A DNA stretch of 64,000 nucleotides from an uncultured Actinomycetes bacterium (GTDB lineage Bacteria; Actinomycetota; UBA4738; HRBIN12), in assembly GCA_963723855.1 (NCBI GenBank), contig CAVRSI010000019.1, positions 7,107 through 71,106 on the forward strand, written 5' to 3'. Each line of letters begins with the position of its first letter. Position 1 is the stretch's first letter. The notes beneath the pieces are model-generated. The model ran no database searches. It had not been told where the DNA came from and saw only the letters and a program-made list of their open reading frames with translations. Position numbers and translations under genes: made by a program. This document shows positions 37,582-47,612 of this stretch, piece by piece.

Positions 37582-38241
37582 GTGCCCGACCCCTACGACG
37601 CCGTCCTGCTCGACCTCTACGACACCATCGTGTGGAGCGAGTGGTTCCGGCTGCGCGACGCCATCGCGGCCAGGATCGGCAACGACATGGAGGCCGACCG
37701 GCTCCAGAAGGCGTTCGAACAGACCCGTCCGGCGCGGGGAATCGGCGCCTTCGGAAGCGTGGAGGGCGACATGGTCGCGGTGCTCGAGGCCGCCGGCGTC
37801 CCCCAGGACCCGACGTTGGTCGACGAACTGGTTGAGCTCGAACGTGCGCATCTGGCCGACGGCGTGCATCTCTACGACGACGTGATGCCCGTTCTGGCGT
37901 CGCTGCGCGATCGCGGCGTGACGACGGCGCTCGTCAGCAACTGCTCCCATTCCACGCGGCCCGTCGTGGACCGGCTCGGACTGGATACGGCGTTCGACCG
38001 GGTCGTCCTGTCGTTCGAGGCTCGTGCGATGAAGCCGGATCCGGCGATCTACCGTGCGACGCTCGAGCAGCTCGGCGGTGTCGCGCCCGAACGCGCCGTG
38101 TTCATCGACGATCAGCCCACGTATTGCGACGGCGCGACGGCGATCGGGCTCGGTGCGCGACTCATCCTGCGGAAGAACGAGGACGTTCCCGCCGACCGGC
38201 ACGGCCATGAGGTCGTGACCGACCTGGGGTGGCTCCTGTAA
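37582..38241 (+). CDS. HAD-superfamily hydrolase
   Basis: Motif I AVLLDLYDT, motif II LVSN, motif IV FIDD. Confidence 0.7.
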   Translation: MPDPYDAVLLDLYDTIVWSEWFRLRDAIAARIGNDMEADRLQKAFEQTRPARGIGAFGSVEGDMVAVLEAAGVPQDPTLVDELVELERAHLADGVHLYDDVMPVLASLRDRGVTTALVSNCSHSTRPVVDRLGLDTAFDRVVLSFEARAMKPDPAIYRATLEQLGGVAPERAVFIDDQPTYCDGATAIGLGARLILRKNEDVPADRHGHEVVTDLGWLL

Positions 38242-38251
38242 CGTCGGGGAC

Positions 38252-39088
38252 GTGAGCGAAGAGACCGACGACCACCCCGAGAAGTTCTCAACCAAGCTCT
38301 ATGAGAAGGAGCTCGCGCGGCTCCAGGTCGAGCTCGTGAAGATGGAGGAGTGGGGCGCCTCCACCGGGATGCGCCTCGTGGTGATCTTCGAGGGGCGAGA
38401 CGCAGCCGGCAAGGGCGGCGCGATCAAGCGGATGACCGAGCACATGAACCCGCGGATCACCCGGCACGTCGCCCTGCCGAAGCCGACCGAGCGCCAAACG
38501 ACCCAGTGGTACTTCCAGCGCTACATCGAGCAGCTCCCCGCCGCCGGCGAGGTCGTGCTGTTCGACCGCAGTTGGTACAACCGGGCCGGCATCGAGCACG
38601 TCCTGGGGTTCTGCACACCGACCGAGCACTACCGGTTCCTGCAGCAGTGCCCGATCTTCGAGCGGCTCCTGGTGGACGACGGGATCATCCTGATCAAGTA
38701 CTGGTTCTCGGTGAGCGACGAGGAGCAGGAGCGCCGCTTCGAAGCACGGATCACCGACCCGATGCGCCGCTGGAAGCTCTCGGAGACCGACCTGTACTCC
38801 CGGACGAAGTGGGTCGACTACTCACGCGCGAAGGACGAGATGTTCGTGCACACCGACATCCCCGAGGCGCCGTGGTACGTCGTGGATGCCGACGACAAGA
38901 AGCGCGCACGGATCAACTGCATCGCCCATCTGCTGTCGAAGATCCCGTACGAGGACCTTCCGGACCCCAACATCGAGCTTCCCGTCCGCCAGCGCGACGA
39001 CGGCTACGTGCGTCCGCCGCGCGATCTCTACACCTACGTTCCCGACCACGTGGCGGAGGTCATCGCGGCGCACAAGAAGAAGAGCTAG
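38252..39088 (+). CDS. ppk2: Polyphosphate kinase 2 family protein
   Basis: Walker-A-like FEGRDAAGKGG, RSWYNR, and LIKYWFSVSDEEQ.RRF. Confidence 0.85.
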   Translation: MSEETDDHPEKFSTKLYEKELARLQVELVKMEEWGASTGMRLVVIFEGRDAAGKGGAIKRMTEHMNPRITRHVALPKPTERQTTQWYFQRYIEQLPAAGEVVLFDRSWYNRAGIEHVLGFCTPTEHYRFLQQCPIFERLLVDDGIILIKYWFSVSDEEQERRFEARITDPMRRWKLSETDLYSRTKWVDYSRAKDEMFVHTDIPEAPWYVVDADDKKRARINCIAHLLSKIPYEDLPDPNIELPVRQRDDGYVRPPRDLYTYVPDHVAEVIAAHKKKS

Positions 39089-39111
39089 TCCCGCTCAGAC
39101 GAGCGAGGACT
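39087..39111. terminator. Hairpin between convergent ppk2 and hemQ
   Basis: agtcccgctc-agac-gagcgaggact: a 10-bp stem with one bulge. No U-tract. Confidence 0.3.
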
Positions 39112-39116
39112 GCGCG

Positions 39117-39821
39117 TCAGGCGAGATCGGCGAACGCGTCGGCCACGCTCTTGCGTATGCCCGTCACGAACGGAACCTCGACCTTCGTGAACAGGCGGGC
39201 CTTGGTCTCGCGCAGCCGGCGGATGCAGTCGACGATCGACACCAGGCGGTCCGCTTCGAACGCCAGGATCCATTCCCAGTCGCCGAGCCCGAACGCGCTC
39301 GTGGTGTTCGCGAGGATGTCGGGGAATTCGCGCCCCGCTCCACCGTGCTCGCCGAGCAAGGCGCGGCGCTCCTCGCGGGGCAGCAGGTACCACTCGGGCG
39401 TCCGCACGAACGGGTAGACGCAGAGGAACGTCTTCGGCGGCACGCCCTTGGCGAACGCCGGCTGATGAGACGGTGAGAACTCCGCCGGCTGGACCATGCC
39501 CATGAACGTCCACGCGAGATCGGTGAGCCGGCCGGCCTGCGTGCGGCGGAACTCGGAGAGGAACGCCTGCACGTCCTCGGCCTCGCTGCCGACGAGCCAG
39601 AGCATGAGGTCGGTGTCGGGGCGGAACCCGACGGTCGAGTACGTGCCGCGCACGTCGACCCGGCCGTCGAACGTCTTGTACAGGTTCTCGACCTCCTGCA
39701 CGACGTCGGCCAGCGCGTCCGCGGAGAGATCGCGGAACCCGTCTCGGGCGCGGAACGCCGGGTAGAGCGCGTAGATCGAAGCGGTCGTGTCATCCGTGGT
39801 GGTCTCGCTCATCGAGCCGTC
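39117..39821 (-). CDS. hemQ: Coproheme decarboxylase (chlorite-dismutase-like HemQ/ChdC)
   Basis: About 234 aa and Cld-like (YSTVGFRPDTDLMLW, VYPFVRTPEWYLL, LAFE.D). It is the last gene of the hemE-H-Y-Q string. Confidence 0.85.
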   Translation of the reverse strand, partial: DGSMSETTTDDTTASIYALYPAFRARDGFRDLSADALADVVQEVENLYKTFDGRVDVRGTYSTVGFRPDTDLMLWLVGSEAEDVQAFLSEFRRTQAGRLTDLAWTFMGMVQPAEFSPSHQPAFAKGVPPKTFLCVYPFVRTPEWYLLPREERRALLGEHGGAGREFPDILANTTSAFGLGDWEWILAFEADRLVSIVDCIRRLRETKARLFTKVEVPFVTGIRKSVADAFADLA

Positions 39822-41174
39822 TCCTTTTCGATCGTCGTGCGGTCCGAGGTGTGCCAGAACCTGCTCGGCCGTCTCGCCGGCCGCCCTGACGCAGTCGGGG
39901 ACGCCCACTCCGTCGTATGCAGAGCCGACGACGAAGATACCCGTGGGCAGGGTCGCGCGGATCCGCTCGACGCGCTCCACGTGCCCCACTTCGTATTGCG
40001 GCATCGCGCGCATCCACCGGACGACCGACGACGCCCGCGGCCGGGCCGGGAGATCGAGCACGGCGGACAGATGCCGTTCGCACGCGTCGACGAGATCCTC
40101 GATCTGCCGCGTCGAGCACGTCCTCGTCGCCCATCGCCACCCACGTAGCAGCGGAGCACGGCGCGCGAGCCGAACGCCGGATCGGGCCACTTGCTGCTGA
40201 TCCATGTGCACGCCGTCATCGGGGCCTTGCCGCGCGGAACCACGAACCCGGTCCCCTCCGGCAGCGCGGCCTGCGTCCCGTCGCCGTAGACCAGGAACAC
40301 AACGCCGGTCGAGGCGTACGGGATGGCGCTCAGCTCGGCAGACGCAGCCTGTGAGCCGAGGAGCCGCCCCGCCTCGAAGGACGGGACTGCCAGCACGATG
40401 GCGCTCGCGTCCCCCCGCTCGCCGAGCTCGGACAGCGAACCGACCGGCGCTCCGGTCACCACTCGGTCGCCGAGCGACGCGGCGAGCGCGTCGGTCAGGC
40501 GTCCGACGCCGCCCTTCGGCTTCACGAACATGGGCGTCGGTGTCCCGCGGCGCACCGAGCGCATCGCCGCCTGCGAACCCCGGATCAGGCTGCCCTGCGT
40601 GGACTCCCACATGAGCAGCTCGGGGAACGTCGCGCGCGCCGACAGCCTGTCGACGTCGCCCGCGTACAAGCCCGGCGAGGAGCGGCGCGACGGCCATGTC
40701 GGTCGCCTCGTCTCCCAGGCGCCGGCGCAAGAGGCCGCCGAGCGTCTCCTCGACCCCGTCCTTCCGCTTCCCGCGCAACAGATCCATGGCAGCACGTCTC
40801 CGGCCCGCTCGCGACACGCCGGGCCAGCGGAACACGTCGCCGATGTCGCCGGGGATCCCGAACGGCGCGTCCTTCGGGAAGGAGACCAATCCGCGATCGG
40901 TCCACAGGTAGGCGCCCTTCGCGCCGGGCGTCACCAGCTCACCGGCCAGGCCGAGCTCCCGGCAGAGGTCCACCGCCCACGGCTTGCGGGCGACGAACGA
41001 ATCCGCCCCCGTCTCGAGCCGCACGTCGCCCACCTGCGTCGTCCCGAGCTTGCCGCCGGGTCGGTCGGCCGCCTCGTGAACGGCGACGTCGACACCGGCC
41101 GCGGCCAGCCTGTACGCGGTCGTCAGGCCCGAGATCCCGCCCCCGACGACGTCGACGCGACGCTGGAGGCTCAT
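39809..41174 (-). CDS. hemY: Coproporphyrinogen/protoporphyrinogen oxidase (HemY/CgoX), about 4 frame disruptions
   Basis: FAD fold VDVVGGGISGLTTAY. The central part is in ORF 39809..40795 (YAGDVDRLS...PMFVKPKGG...VVFLVY). The C-terminus W..AMPQYEVGHVERV...GSAYDGVGVPDC is back in the first frame. Switches occur near 40680, 40145 and 40110, and possibly near 39840. The ATG overlaps the hemH stop (ATGA). Confidence 0.8.
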
Positions 41175-42150
41175 CTCGCCGGCATCTCCGCCACATGCTC
41201 GCGCACGACCGCTGCGAGCACGTCGAGGAAGGCCGGATCCGCGTTCGGCATCCGCGTCCGCTCGAACCGCATCCCTCCGCGCTCGGCGATCCCGCGGGCC
41301 TCGATGTCCAGGTCGTACAGGATCTCCAGGTGGTCGGCCACGAAGCCGGCCGAGCACACGACCACGGCATGCCGGCCGGCGATCGCCAGCTCCTCGATCA
41401 CCGCTTCGATCGGCGGTCCCCACCACGGGTCGGCGGTTCGGCCGGCGCTCTGCCACGCGATGAGGTAGTCGTTGAGGCCGATATCGCCGGCTACCAGGTC
41501 GGCGGTCTCCTGCAGCCCATCCCGATACCGGCAGGACTCGTCGCAATCGCACGTCTTGCAGCGTTGCGTGCCGTCGTCGAGCGTCCGCACCGGGAGCGAA
41601 TGGGCGGAGAAGATCACCGCGGCGTTCGCGCGCTCCTCGTCGGTCAGGCGGCCAAGCGCGTCGGCCACGCGCGCCGTGATGAACGAGATGAACGACGGAT
41701 GGTCGTGGTACGAACGGACGAAGGTGAACGCCGGGCCGCCCGTCGTCCTTCGTCGCCTGGATCACGCGCTCGATGTAGGTCTCGACCGACATCCCGGACC
41801 AGTGCGGCGCCATCACGATCCCGACCGCCCGCTCCACGCCGTCGGCGCGCATCGACGCGATCGCCTCCGGGATGAACGGCTGCGAGTGCTTCATCCCGAG
41901 GTAGGCGCGGTAGCTGCGATCCGCCGGACCCGGCGTTGAGCCGTTCGACGATGCCGTCGGCTTGACGACGCGTCGTCTCCAGGAGCGGGAACACGTTGCC
42001 GATCGCCGCGTATCGCTCCTTCAGCTCCGCGAGGTGTTCCGGCGACGGCGTCCGGCCCCCACGGATGTCGGTGTAGTAGCGCTCGATGTCCTCCGGGCCG
42101 TTCGCGGTCCCGTAGGCCATCACCAGCACGCCGACCGTCGGATCGCTCAA
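41171..42150 (-). CDS. hemH: Ferrochelatase (coproporphyrin ferrochelatase type with a Cys-rich insert), 2 frame disruptions
   Basis: Three frame segments: [10 protein letters not shown]...; [15 protein letters not shown]...MAPHWS; and FSAHSLP...[10 protein letters not shown]...[11 protein letters not shown]. Switches occur near 41925 and 41730. The TTG start overlaps the hemE stop. Confidence 0.8.
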
Positions 42151-43199
42151 CCCGGAACCCCCGGTCGTTCGGTGCGTTCATGGACCAGATCCACGAGCCG
42201 CCGAAGCGTGTCGGGATCGGTGTCGGGCGGCACGCCGTGACCGAGGTTGAAGATGTGTCCGTCGCGTGAGTCCACCCGAGCGAGCACGCGATCGGTCTCG
42301 GCCTCCACCACATCCCACGGCGCCGAGAGCACGGCCGGATCCAGGTTGCCCTGCACGGCCACGCCGGGACCCACACGGTCCCACGCGACATCGAGCGGGG
42401 TGCGCCAGTCCACGCCGATCACGTCGCCGCCCGCCCGACGCATGGACGCGAGGAGCTCTCCCGTCCCGACGCCGAAATGGATCGTGGGGACGCCCAGGTC
42501 CGCCACGCCTTCGAACAAGCGCAGCATGTGGGGGAACACGGATCGCTCGTAGGCGTCGGGGCCGAGCGCGCCCACCCACGAGTCGAAGACCTGCAGCGCT
42601 TGTGCGCCGGCGTCGGCCTGCGCTCGGAGGTGCGGAAGCACGATCGCGACCAAGGCGTCCATCAACGCGTCCCAGACCCTCGGCTGGCCCAACATCAGCG
42701 CTTTCGTCCGCTCGTGCGTCCGCGACGGACCTCCTTCGACCAGATAGCTCGCCAGGGTGAACGGCGCGCCGGCGAACCCCAGCAACGGCACGTCGAGCTC
42801 CTTCCGGAGCAGCCGGATGGCCTCGAGCACGTGGGGGACGTCGGTCTCGGGCTCGAGCGGTCGAAGGAGCCGCACGTCATCGGCGGTGCGGATCGGATCG
42901 TCCACGACCGGGCCTACGCCGGTCTCGATGCGCACGGGCACGCCCACCGCGGCGAGCGGCACCATGATGTCGCTGAACAGGATGGCCGCGTCGACCGCCA
43001 TGCGGCGGAGCGGCTGGAGCGTGATCTCGGTGACCAGGTCGGGGTGCCGGCACGTGCCCAGGATGTCTCCCCGTCCACGGACCTCTCGATACTCGGGGAG
43101 GTAGCGGCCCGCCTGACGCATGAACCAGACCGGGGTGCGGTCCACAGGTTCCCGGCGACAGGCACGCAGGAACCGATCCGATGCCGGGGAGGCGTTCAC
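42147..43199 (-). CDS. hemE: Uroporphyrinogen decarboxylase
   Basis: [15 protein letters not shown] signature, 350 aa, intact. Confidence 0.9.
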   Translation of the reverse strand: MNASPASDRFLRACRREPVDRTPVWFMRQAGRYLPEYREVRGRGDILGTCRHPDLVTEITLQPLRRMAVDAAILFSDIMVPLAAVGVPVRIETGVGPVVDDPIRTADDVRLLRPLEPETDVPHVLEAIRLLRKELDVPLLGFAGAPFTLASYLVEGGPSRTHERTKALMLGQPRVWDALMDALVAIVLPHLRAQADAGAQALQVFDSWVGALGPDAYERSVFPHMLRLFEGVADLGVPTIHFGVGTGELLASMRRAGGDVIGVDWRTPLDVAWDRVGPGVAVQGNLDPAVLSAPWDVVEAETDRVLARVDSRDGHIFNLGHGVPPDTDPDTLRRLVDLVHERTERPGVPG

Positions 43200-43672
43200 C
43201 CCTTCAGGATACGGACGCCCGGAGGTTCGAGCGACGCCGGCCCTATGGGATCGTCAGCGCGGCCGTCCTCCCCGATGGGGAAGGCGGGGTTGTACGCGAC
43301 CTCCCATGGGTATCCGTCGGGATCCGCGAAGTAGCCCGAGCGTCCGAACACGGCGTCGGTCCCGGGCTTGAGGATCGACCCGCCGGCCGCGACGGCCTCC
43401 GCGATGAAGGCGTCGACGTCCTCGGGCTGTTCCACGTTGATCGCCAGCGTGATACCCCCGAACGTGCCCCGCGCCGGAGACGCGATCGTGGCGTCCTCGG
43501 CCAACTCCTCGTACGGGAACAACCCGATATTGGTGTCGGCCGTCCTGAACCAGTGGATGACGCCTTCGATGGACGAGGAGCACTCCTCCCAGCCAAGCGC
43601 TCGGTAGAACGCGATGGAATGATCCAGGTCGGCGACACCGAGCGTCACCAGGCCCAAGCGAGCGGGAACCAC
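43196..43672 (-). CDS. VOC (glyoxalase/bleomycin-resistance fold) protein, first cistron of the heme operon
   Basis: [23 protein letters not shown]...[13 protein letters not shown] strong SD (AAGGAGGG) precedes the GTG, and the stop overlaps the hemE GTG. Confidence 0.75.
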   Translation of the reverse strand: MVPARLGLVTLGVADLDHSIAFYRALGWEECSSSIEGVIHWFRTADTNIGLFPYEELAEDATIASPARGTFGGITLAINVEQPEDVDAFIAEAVAAGGSILKPGTDAVFGRSGYFADPDGYPWEVAYNPAFPIGEDGRADDPIGPASLEPPGVRILKG

Positions 43673-43711
43673 GGCACCCTCCTTGTCGACGCAGCCGTTC
43701 GGGCTCCTCGA

Positions 43712-43727
43712 ATGACAGAACTGTCAC
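43712..43727. promoter_or_regulatory. Palindromic box ATGACAGAACTGTCAC in the divergent VOC-hemEHYQ / RR-HK-ctaGB promoter region
   Basis: Read directly: arms TGACAG/CTGTCA with a 2-nt spacer. It matches the box at 51834..51849 at 15 of 16 positions. Confidence 0.5.
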
Positions 43728-43795
43728 TCCGGAGCAACCGTGACCGACTATCCAGCTCGGGCGGTCGTGGCTACTGTATGCGGCGAGGTGGGGGC

Positions 43796-44500
43796 ATGAC
43801 GTCATTGGCGGAGCGGTCCGAGGCCGAGGCGGCTCCCGTCGGTCGCATCCTGGTGATCGACGACGAGCAGCGGATCCTCAACTTCGTCCACCGCGGGCTG
43901 GAGGCCGAGGGGATGGCGGTCGATTCGGCGCGCGAGGCCGAGGAGGGCCTGCGGCTCGCGCTCACCAACATGTACGACCTCGTGGTCCTCGACCTCGTGA
44001 TGCCGAGCTTGGACGGTCAGGCCGTGCTCAGACGGATCCTCGAGCGCAAACCCTCACAGCCGGTCCTGATCCTGTCCGCCTTGAACGACACCACATCGAA
44101 GGTCAGCTGCCTCGAGCTGGGCGCCGAGGACTACATCTCGAAGCCGTTCTCGCTGGAGGAGCTCCTCGCCCGGGTCCGGGCGCGCCTGCGGACCGCCGCC
44201 CGGTCGAGCCCGACCCGCCTGCAGACGGGCTCGCTCTCCCTCGACCTCATCCGCAGGCGCGCCGACGCCGGAGCCGGCCCGATCGCGCTCGCCGAGCGCG
44301 AGTTCCTGCTGCTCGGCGAGCTGATGCGCAACGCTGGCCAAACCGTGTCGAAGGAACGTTTGCTCTCATCGGTCTGGGGCTACCACTTCGATCCAGGTTC
44401 GAACGTCGTCGACGTCTACGTCCGCAGGTTGCGCGCGAAGCTGGGCGCCGAGGCGATCGTCACGGTCCGAGGCGTGGGATACCGGATCGATGCTGACTGA
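43796..44500 (+). CDS. OmpR/PhoB-family response regulator
   Basis: REC domain (ILVIDDE...DLVVLDLVMP) and a winged-helix C-terminus (VDVYVRRLRAKLG...VRGVGYR). Confidence 0.85.
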   Translation: MTSLAERSEAEAAPVGRILVIDDEQRILNFVHRGLEAEGMAVDSAREAEEGLRLALTNMYDLVVLDLVMPSLDGQAVLRRILERKPSQPVLILSALNDTTSKVSCLELGAEDYISKPFSLEELLARVRARLRTAARSSPTRLQTGSLSLDLIRRRADAGAGPIALAEREFLLLGELMRNAGQTVSKERLLSSVWGYHFDPGSNVVDVYVRRLRAKLGAEAIVTVRGVGYRIDAD

Positions 44501-45647
44501 CCGCATCGAGTGGCCGAACCGGGTCCGCTGGTTCGACGTCGCCTGGGTGCTCTTCTCGCTCGCGAACCTCGGGGCCATGCTCATGTTCCCCGAGTGGGAG
44601 ACGGTGCCGTTCCACTTCATCTGGGTGAGCCTCACGATCCTCTACGGGTTCCGCGTGTGGAAGGCACGTCCCACGTTGGTGATCCTGGCGTTCGTGATGG
44701 GATTGACCGGTCTGTTGATCTGGCTGGATGTGAAGAAGGACATCACCCCGCTCGATGAGCTGACCGAAGTGCCCTTGATGGCGGCGATGTTCCTGGCCAT
44801 GGTCTGGCACGCCAGGCGCCGTCTCACCGCGATGGAGGAGACGGAGCGCGTCTCCATGGAGAACCTCCGCCTGCTCGAGCGGGAACGGCGCTTCGTCCAA
44901 GATGCCTCGCACGAGCTGCGGACGCCGATCACGGTCGCGCTCGGACACGCCGAGCTGATCCAGCGGAGCGCTGACGATCCAACGGTCGCGGACGACGCCG
45001 CGGTGATCGCCGACGAGCTGATGCGGCTGCGGCGCCTGGCCGACCGGTTGCTCGTGCTGGCCGGGAGCGAGGACCCGGAGTTCCTCCATCCCACGGTTGT
45101 GGACCTGGAGACGATCGTGATGGATGCCGTTCGCCGATGGACGGCGACGCCACGGCGATGGCTCCTGGGCGCGGCCGAGGAAGCCACCGCGATCGCCGAC
45201 GCGGACCGGCTGGAGGTGGCGCTCGACGCCTTGATCGAGAACGCGGTGAATCACACGCAGGAGCAGGACACGATCGAAGTGGGCATCCAACGCGCCGGCC
45301 CGCAGGCGGTGATCTCGGTCCGTGACACGGGAGCGGGCATCCCGGCCGCCGACCTCGATCACATCTTCGATCGGTTCGCGAGGGCCGATCCGGGGCGGAG
45401 CAGGCACACCGGCGGCTCCGGCCTGGGTCTGTCGATCGTGAAGGCGATCGTGGATGCCCATGGCGGCGAGGTGCACGTCTCGAGTGCCGTCGGCGAGGGA
45501 ACGACGTTCAAGATCTTCCTTCCGCTCACCCCGGTAGTACCCACTCCACCCGGGCGTGCGTCGACGCAGGCGCGGGCGGAGCTGGCTCCCGCGTCGACGC
45601 GCGCGTTCAGAGCGCTAGAGACCGATGCTCGCGAACTGGACGTTTGA
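44490..45647 (+). CDS. Sensor histidine kinase (intramembrane-type, 4 TM, no large external loop)
   Basis: H-box ASHELRTPITV. N/G boxes ENAVNHT, DTGAGI, GGSGLGL. It overlaps the RR stop by 11 nt. Confidence 0.85.
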   Translation: MLTDRIEWPNRVRWFDVAWVLFSLANLGAMLMFPEWETVPFHFIWVSLTILYGFRVWKARPTLVILAFVMGLTGLLIWLDVKKDITPLDELTEVPLMAAMFLAMVWHARRRLTAMEETERVSMENLRLLERERRFVQDASHELRTPITVALGHAELIQRSADDPTVADDAAVIADELMRLRRLADRLLVLAGSEDPEFLHPTVVDLETIVMDAVRRWTATPRRWLLGAAEEATAIADADRLEVALDALIENAVNHTQEQDTIEVGIQRAGPQAVISVRDTGAGIPAADLDHIFDRFARADPGRSRHTGGSGLGLSIVKAIVDAHGGEVHVSSAVGEGTTFKIFLPLTPVVPTPPGRASTQARAELAPASTRAFRALETDARELDV

Positions 45648-46479
45648 CCCCGCGGTCATCTTCGGCCTCGGCGTGACCGGGGTCGTGTACGTCCGTGCGG
45701 ACCGACGGGTCCGCCGCGAGCGAGGCGATAGGCGCTTCCCACGTGCCCGGCGGCGGGAGTTCCTCGCGGGCTTGGGGATCGTCTTCATCGCGCTCGAGTC
45801 CCCGATCGACACCGGATCGTCGACGTCGTTCTCGGTGCACATGGTCCAGCACCTGCTGCTCACGATGGTCGCCGCGCCGCTCCTGGTGCTCGGCGCTCCC
45901 GTGACGCTCGCCCTCCTCGCATCGTCGCCCTCCTCTCGACGGCGGCTCTCCGCCGCGCTCAGACGTCCGCCGCTGCGGACGCTCTCCCAGCCCATCGTGG
46001 CGTGGGCCCTGTTCTTCGGCGTCTTGTGGGGATCCCACTTCACGGGACTGTTCGAGGCGTCGCTCCGCAGCGACGGCGTCCACGCGCTCGAACACGTCGC
46101 GTACCTGGTGACGGCCGTCCTGTTCTGGATGCCGGTCGTCGGTCGCGATCCTTCGCCGGTCGGCCTCTCGCACCCCGCTCGGATCCTCTATCTCTTCTTC
46201 GCGATGGCGTCCATGGCGTTCCTCGGACTGGCCCTCTTCAGCGCCAGCCACGTCCTGTACCCGACCTATGGAGCCGTGGAAGGGTCAGCGAAAGCGATCG
46301 CGGACCAGCGGATCGGCGGCACGATCATGTGGCTCGGCGGCATGGTCAACATCGTGCCGGCGCTCGCGTTCGTGATGCTCGCATGGATGCGGGCCGATGA
46401 GCGCGAAGCGCTCCGCGTCGATGCCCAGCTGCTCCGCGAACGGATCACCGCCGAGGCCGCTGGCGGGACGACACGATGA
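45625..46479 (+). CDS. ctaG: Cytochrome c oxidase assembly factor CtaG (Caa3_CtaG membrane family)
   Basis: Polytopic, with HMVQHLLLTMVAAPLLVLGAP and HALEH motifs. Confidence 0.75.
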   Translation: MLANWTFDPAVIFGLGVTGVVYVRADRRVRRERGDRRFPRARRREFLAGLGIVFIALESPIDTGSSTSFSVHMVQHLLLTMVAAPLLVLGAPVTLALLASSPSSRRRLSAALRRPPLRTLSQPIVAWALFFGVLWGSHFTGLFEASLRSDGVHALEHVAYLVTAVLFWMPVVGRDPSPVGLSHPARILYLFFAMASMAFLGLALFSASHVLYPTYGAVEGSAKAIADQRIGGTIMWLGGMVNIVPALAFVMLAWMRADEREALRVDAQLLRERITAEAAGGTTR

Positions 46480-47381
46480 GCGTCTCCGTCGGCCGCGACT
46501 CACGCATCGGCGATGTGGTCGCGACCGTCGCCGACTACGTCGCGCTCACCAAGCCGCGCGTGGTGTCGCTCCTGGTGGTGACCGGTATCTGCGGGTACCT
46601 CGCCGGAGCCGCCGGACACGTGCAGGTCGCGGTCCTCCTCGCTGTCGCCGGTGGCGGCGCGCTCGCCGCCGGAGGCGCGAACGCCCTCAACTGCGCCTTC
46701 GACCGGGACCTCGATGCCGTGATGGCGCGCACGCGCAGTCGGCCGATCCCGGACGGGCGCATCCCGATCGTGAACGCCGTGGTGCTGGGTATCGCGATGA
46801 ACGTCGCCGCGGGGATCTGGCTGACCCGATCCGCGAACCTGCTCGCCGCCGTCCTGGCCCTCGCCGGAACCGCGTGGTACCTGGTGATCTACACGGCCTG
46901 GCTCAAGCGCCGATCGACCCAGAACATCGTGATCGGTGGCGCGGCAGGCTGCTTCCCACCGCTCGTGGGGTGGGCCGCCGCGACGGGAGGTCTCGATGCG
47001 ACCGCGCTCACGCTCGCGGCCGTGATCTTCCTGTGGACGCCGCCGCACTTCTGGGCGCTCGCCACGTTGCTCCGCCGGGACTACCGGCGCGCCAACATCC
47101 CCATGCTTCCGGCCGTCATCTCGGTGCGGCGGACGGCGAACCAGGCGTTCGTCTATGCGGTGGCCACCGTCGTCGTCAGCCTGGGGCCGGCCCTGTGGGA
47201 GGGCGCGAGCGCGGTGTACACGGTGAGTGCCGCGGGGCTGGGCGGCGTGTTCGTCTGGCGGGCCGAGGCGTTCCGGCGGGATGCGGACACCGCGACCGCC
47301 CGCCGGCTCTTCCGCTACTCGCTCGTCTACCTGGCGGCGCTGTTCGCCGCGCTCGTCGTGGATCGGATGATCGCCGCATGA
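46476..47381 (+). CDS. ctaB: Protoheme IX farnesyltransferase (heme O synthase)
   Basis: UbiA-family motifs NCAFDRDLDAVMARTRSRP and YT.WLKR.T.QNIVIGG. Confidence 0.9.
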   Translation: MSVSVGRDSRIGDVVATVADYVALTKPRVVSLLVVTGICGYLAGAAGHVQVAVLLAVAGGGALAAGGANALNCAFDRDLDAVMARTRSRPIPDGRIPIVNAVVLGIAMNVAAGIWLTRSANLLAAVLALAGTAWYLVIYTAWLKRRSTQNIVIGGAAGCFPPLVGWAAATGGLDATALTLAAVIFLWTPPHFWALATLLRRDYRRANIPMLPAVISVRRTANQAFVYAVATVVVSLGPALWEGASAVYTVSAAGLGGVFVWRAEAFRRDADTATARRLFRYSLVYLAALFAALVVDRMIAA

Positions 47382-47406
47382 ACGTGACACGAGGGAGGGA
47401 CCGATC

Positions 47407-47602
47407 GTGAAGGGAACGCGTGACCGCTACGACCGCTGCATCCGATGCAATGACCGCGTGCCGTGGGGCGAGTCGGTGTGCCGTCGCTGCAACCCGGCCA
47501 GACTTCCGAGCCCGAGCCCGACGCAGTACCACGCCACGGTCTTCTTGGTCGTCATCGTCGACACTCATCGCGGTCGCGGGATGGATGATGATCCGCGCCT
47601 GA
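47407..47602 (+). CDS. Small zinc-ribbon protein with a C-terminal TM helix (frame switch near 47565)
   Basis: CIRC...CRRC pairs. After TVFLVVIVDT, the adjacent frame reads LIAVAGWMMIRA-stop, which completes one TM helix. Confidence 0.4.
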
Positions 47603-47612
47603 CGGATCTGGG

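Noticed and set aside
39117-41894. A 925-aa ORF spanning hemH, hemY and hemQ as one polypeptide.
   Set aside because: It is a composite: conserved segments alternate with nonsense stretches, and the conserved sequence continues in other frames. I interpreted it as three genes with frame disruptions. Only the hemY/hemQ junction is kept as an open question.
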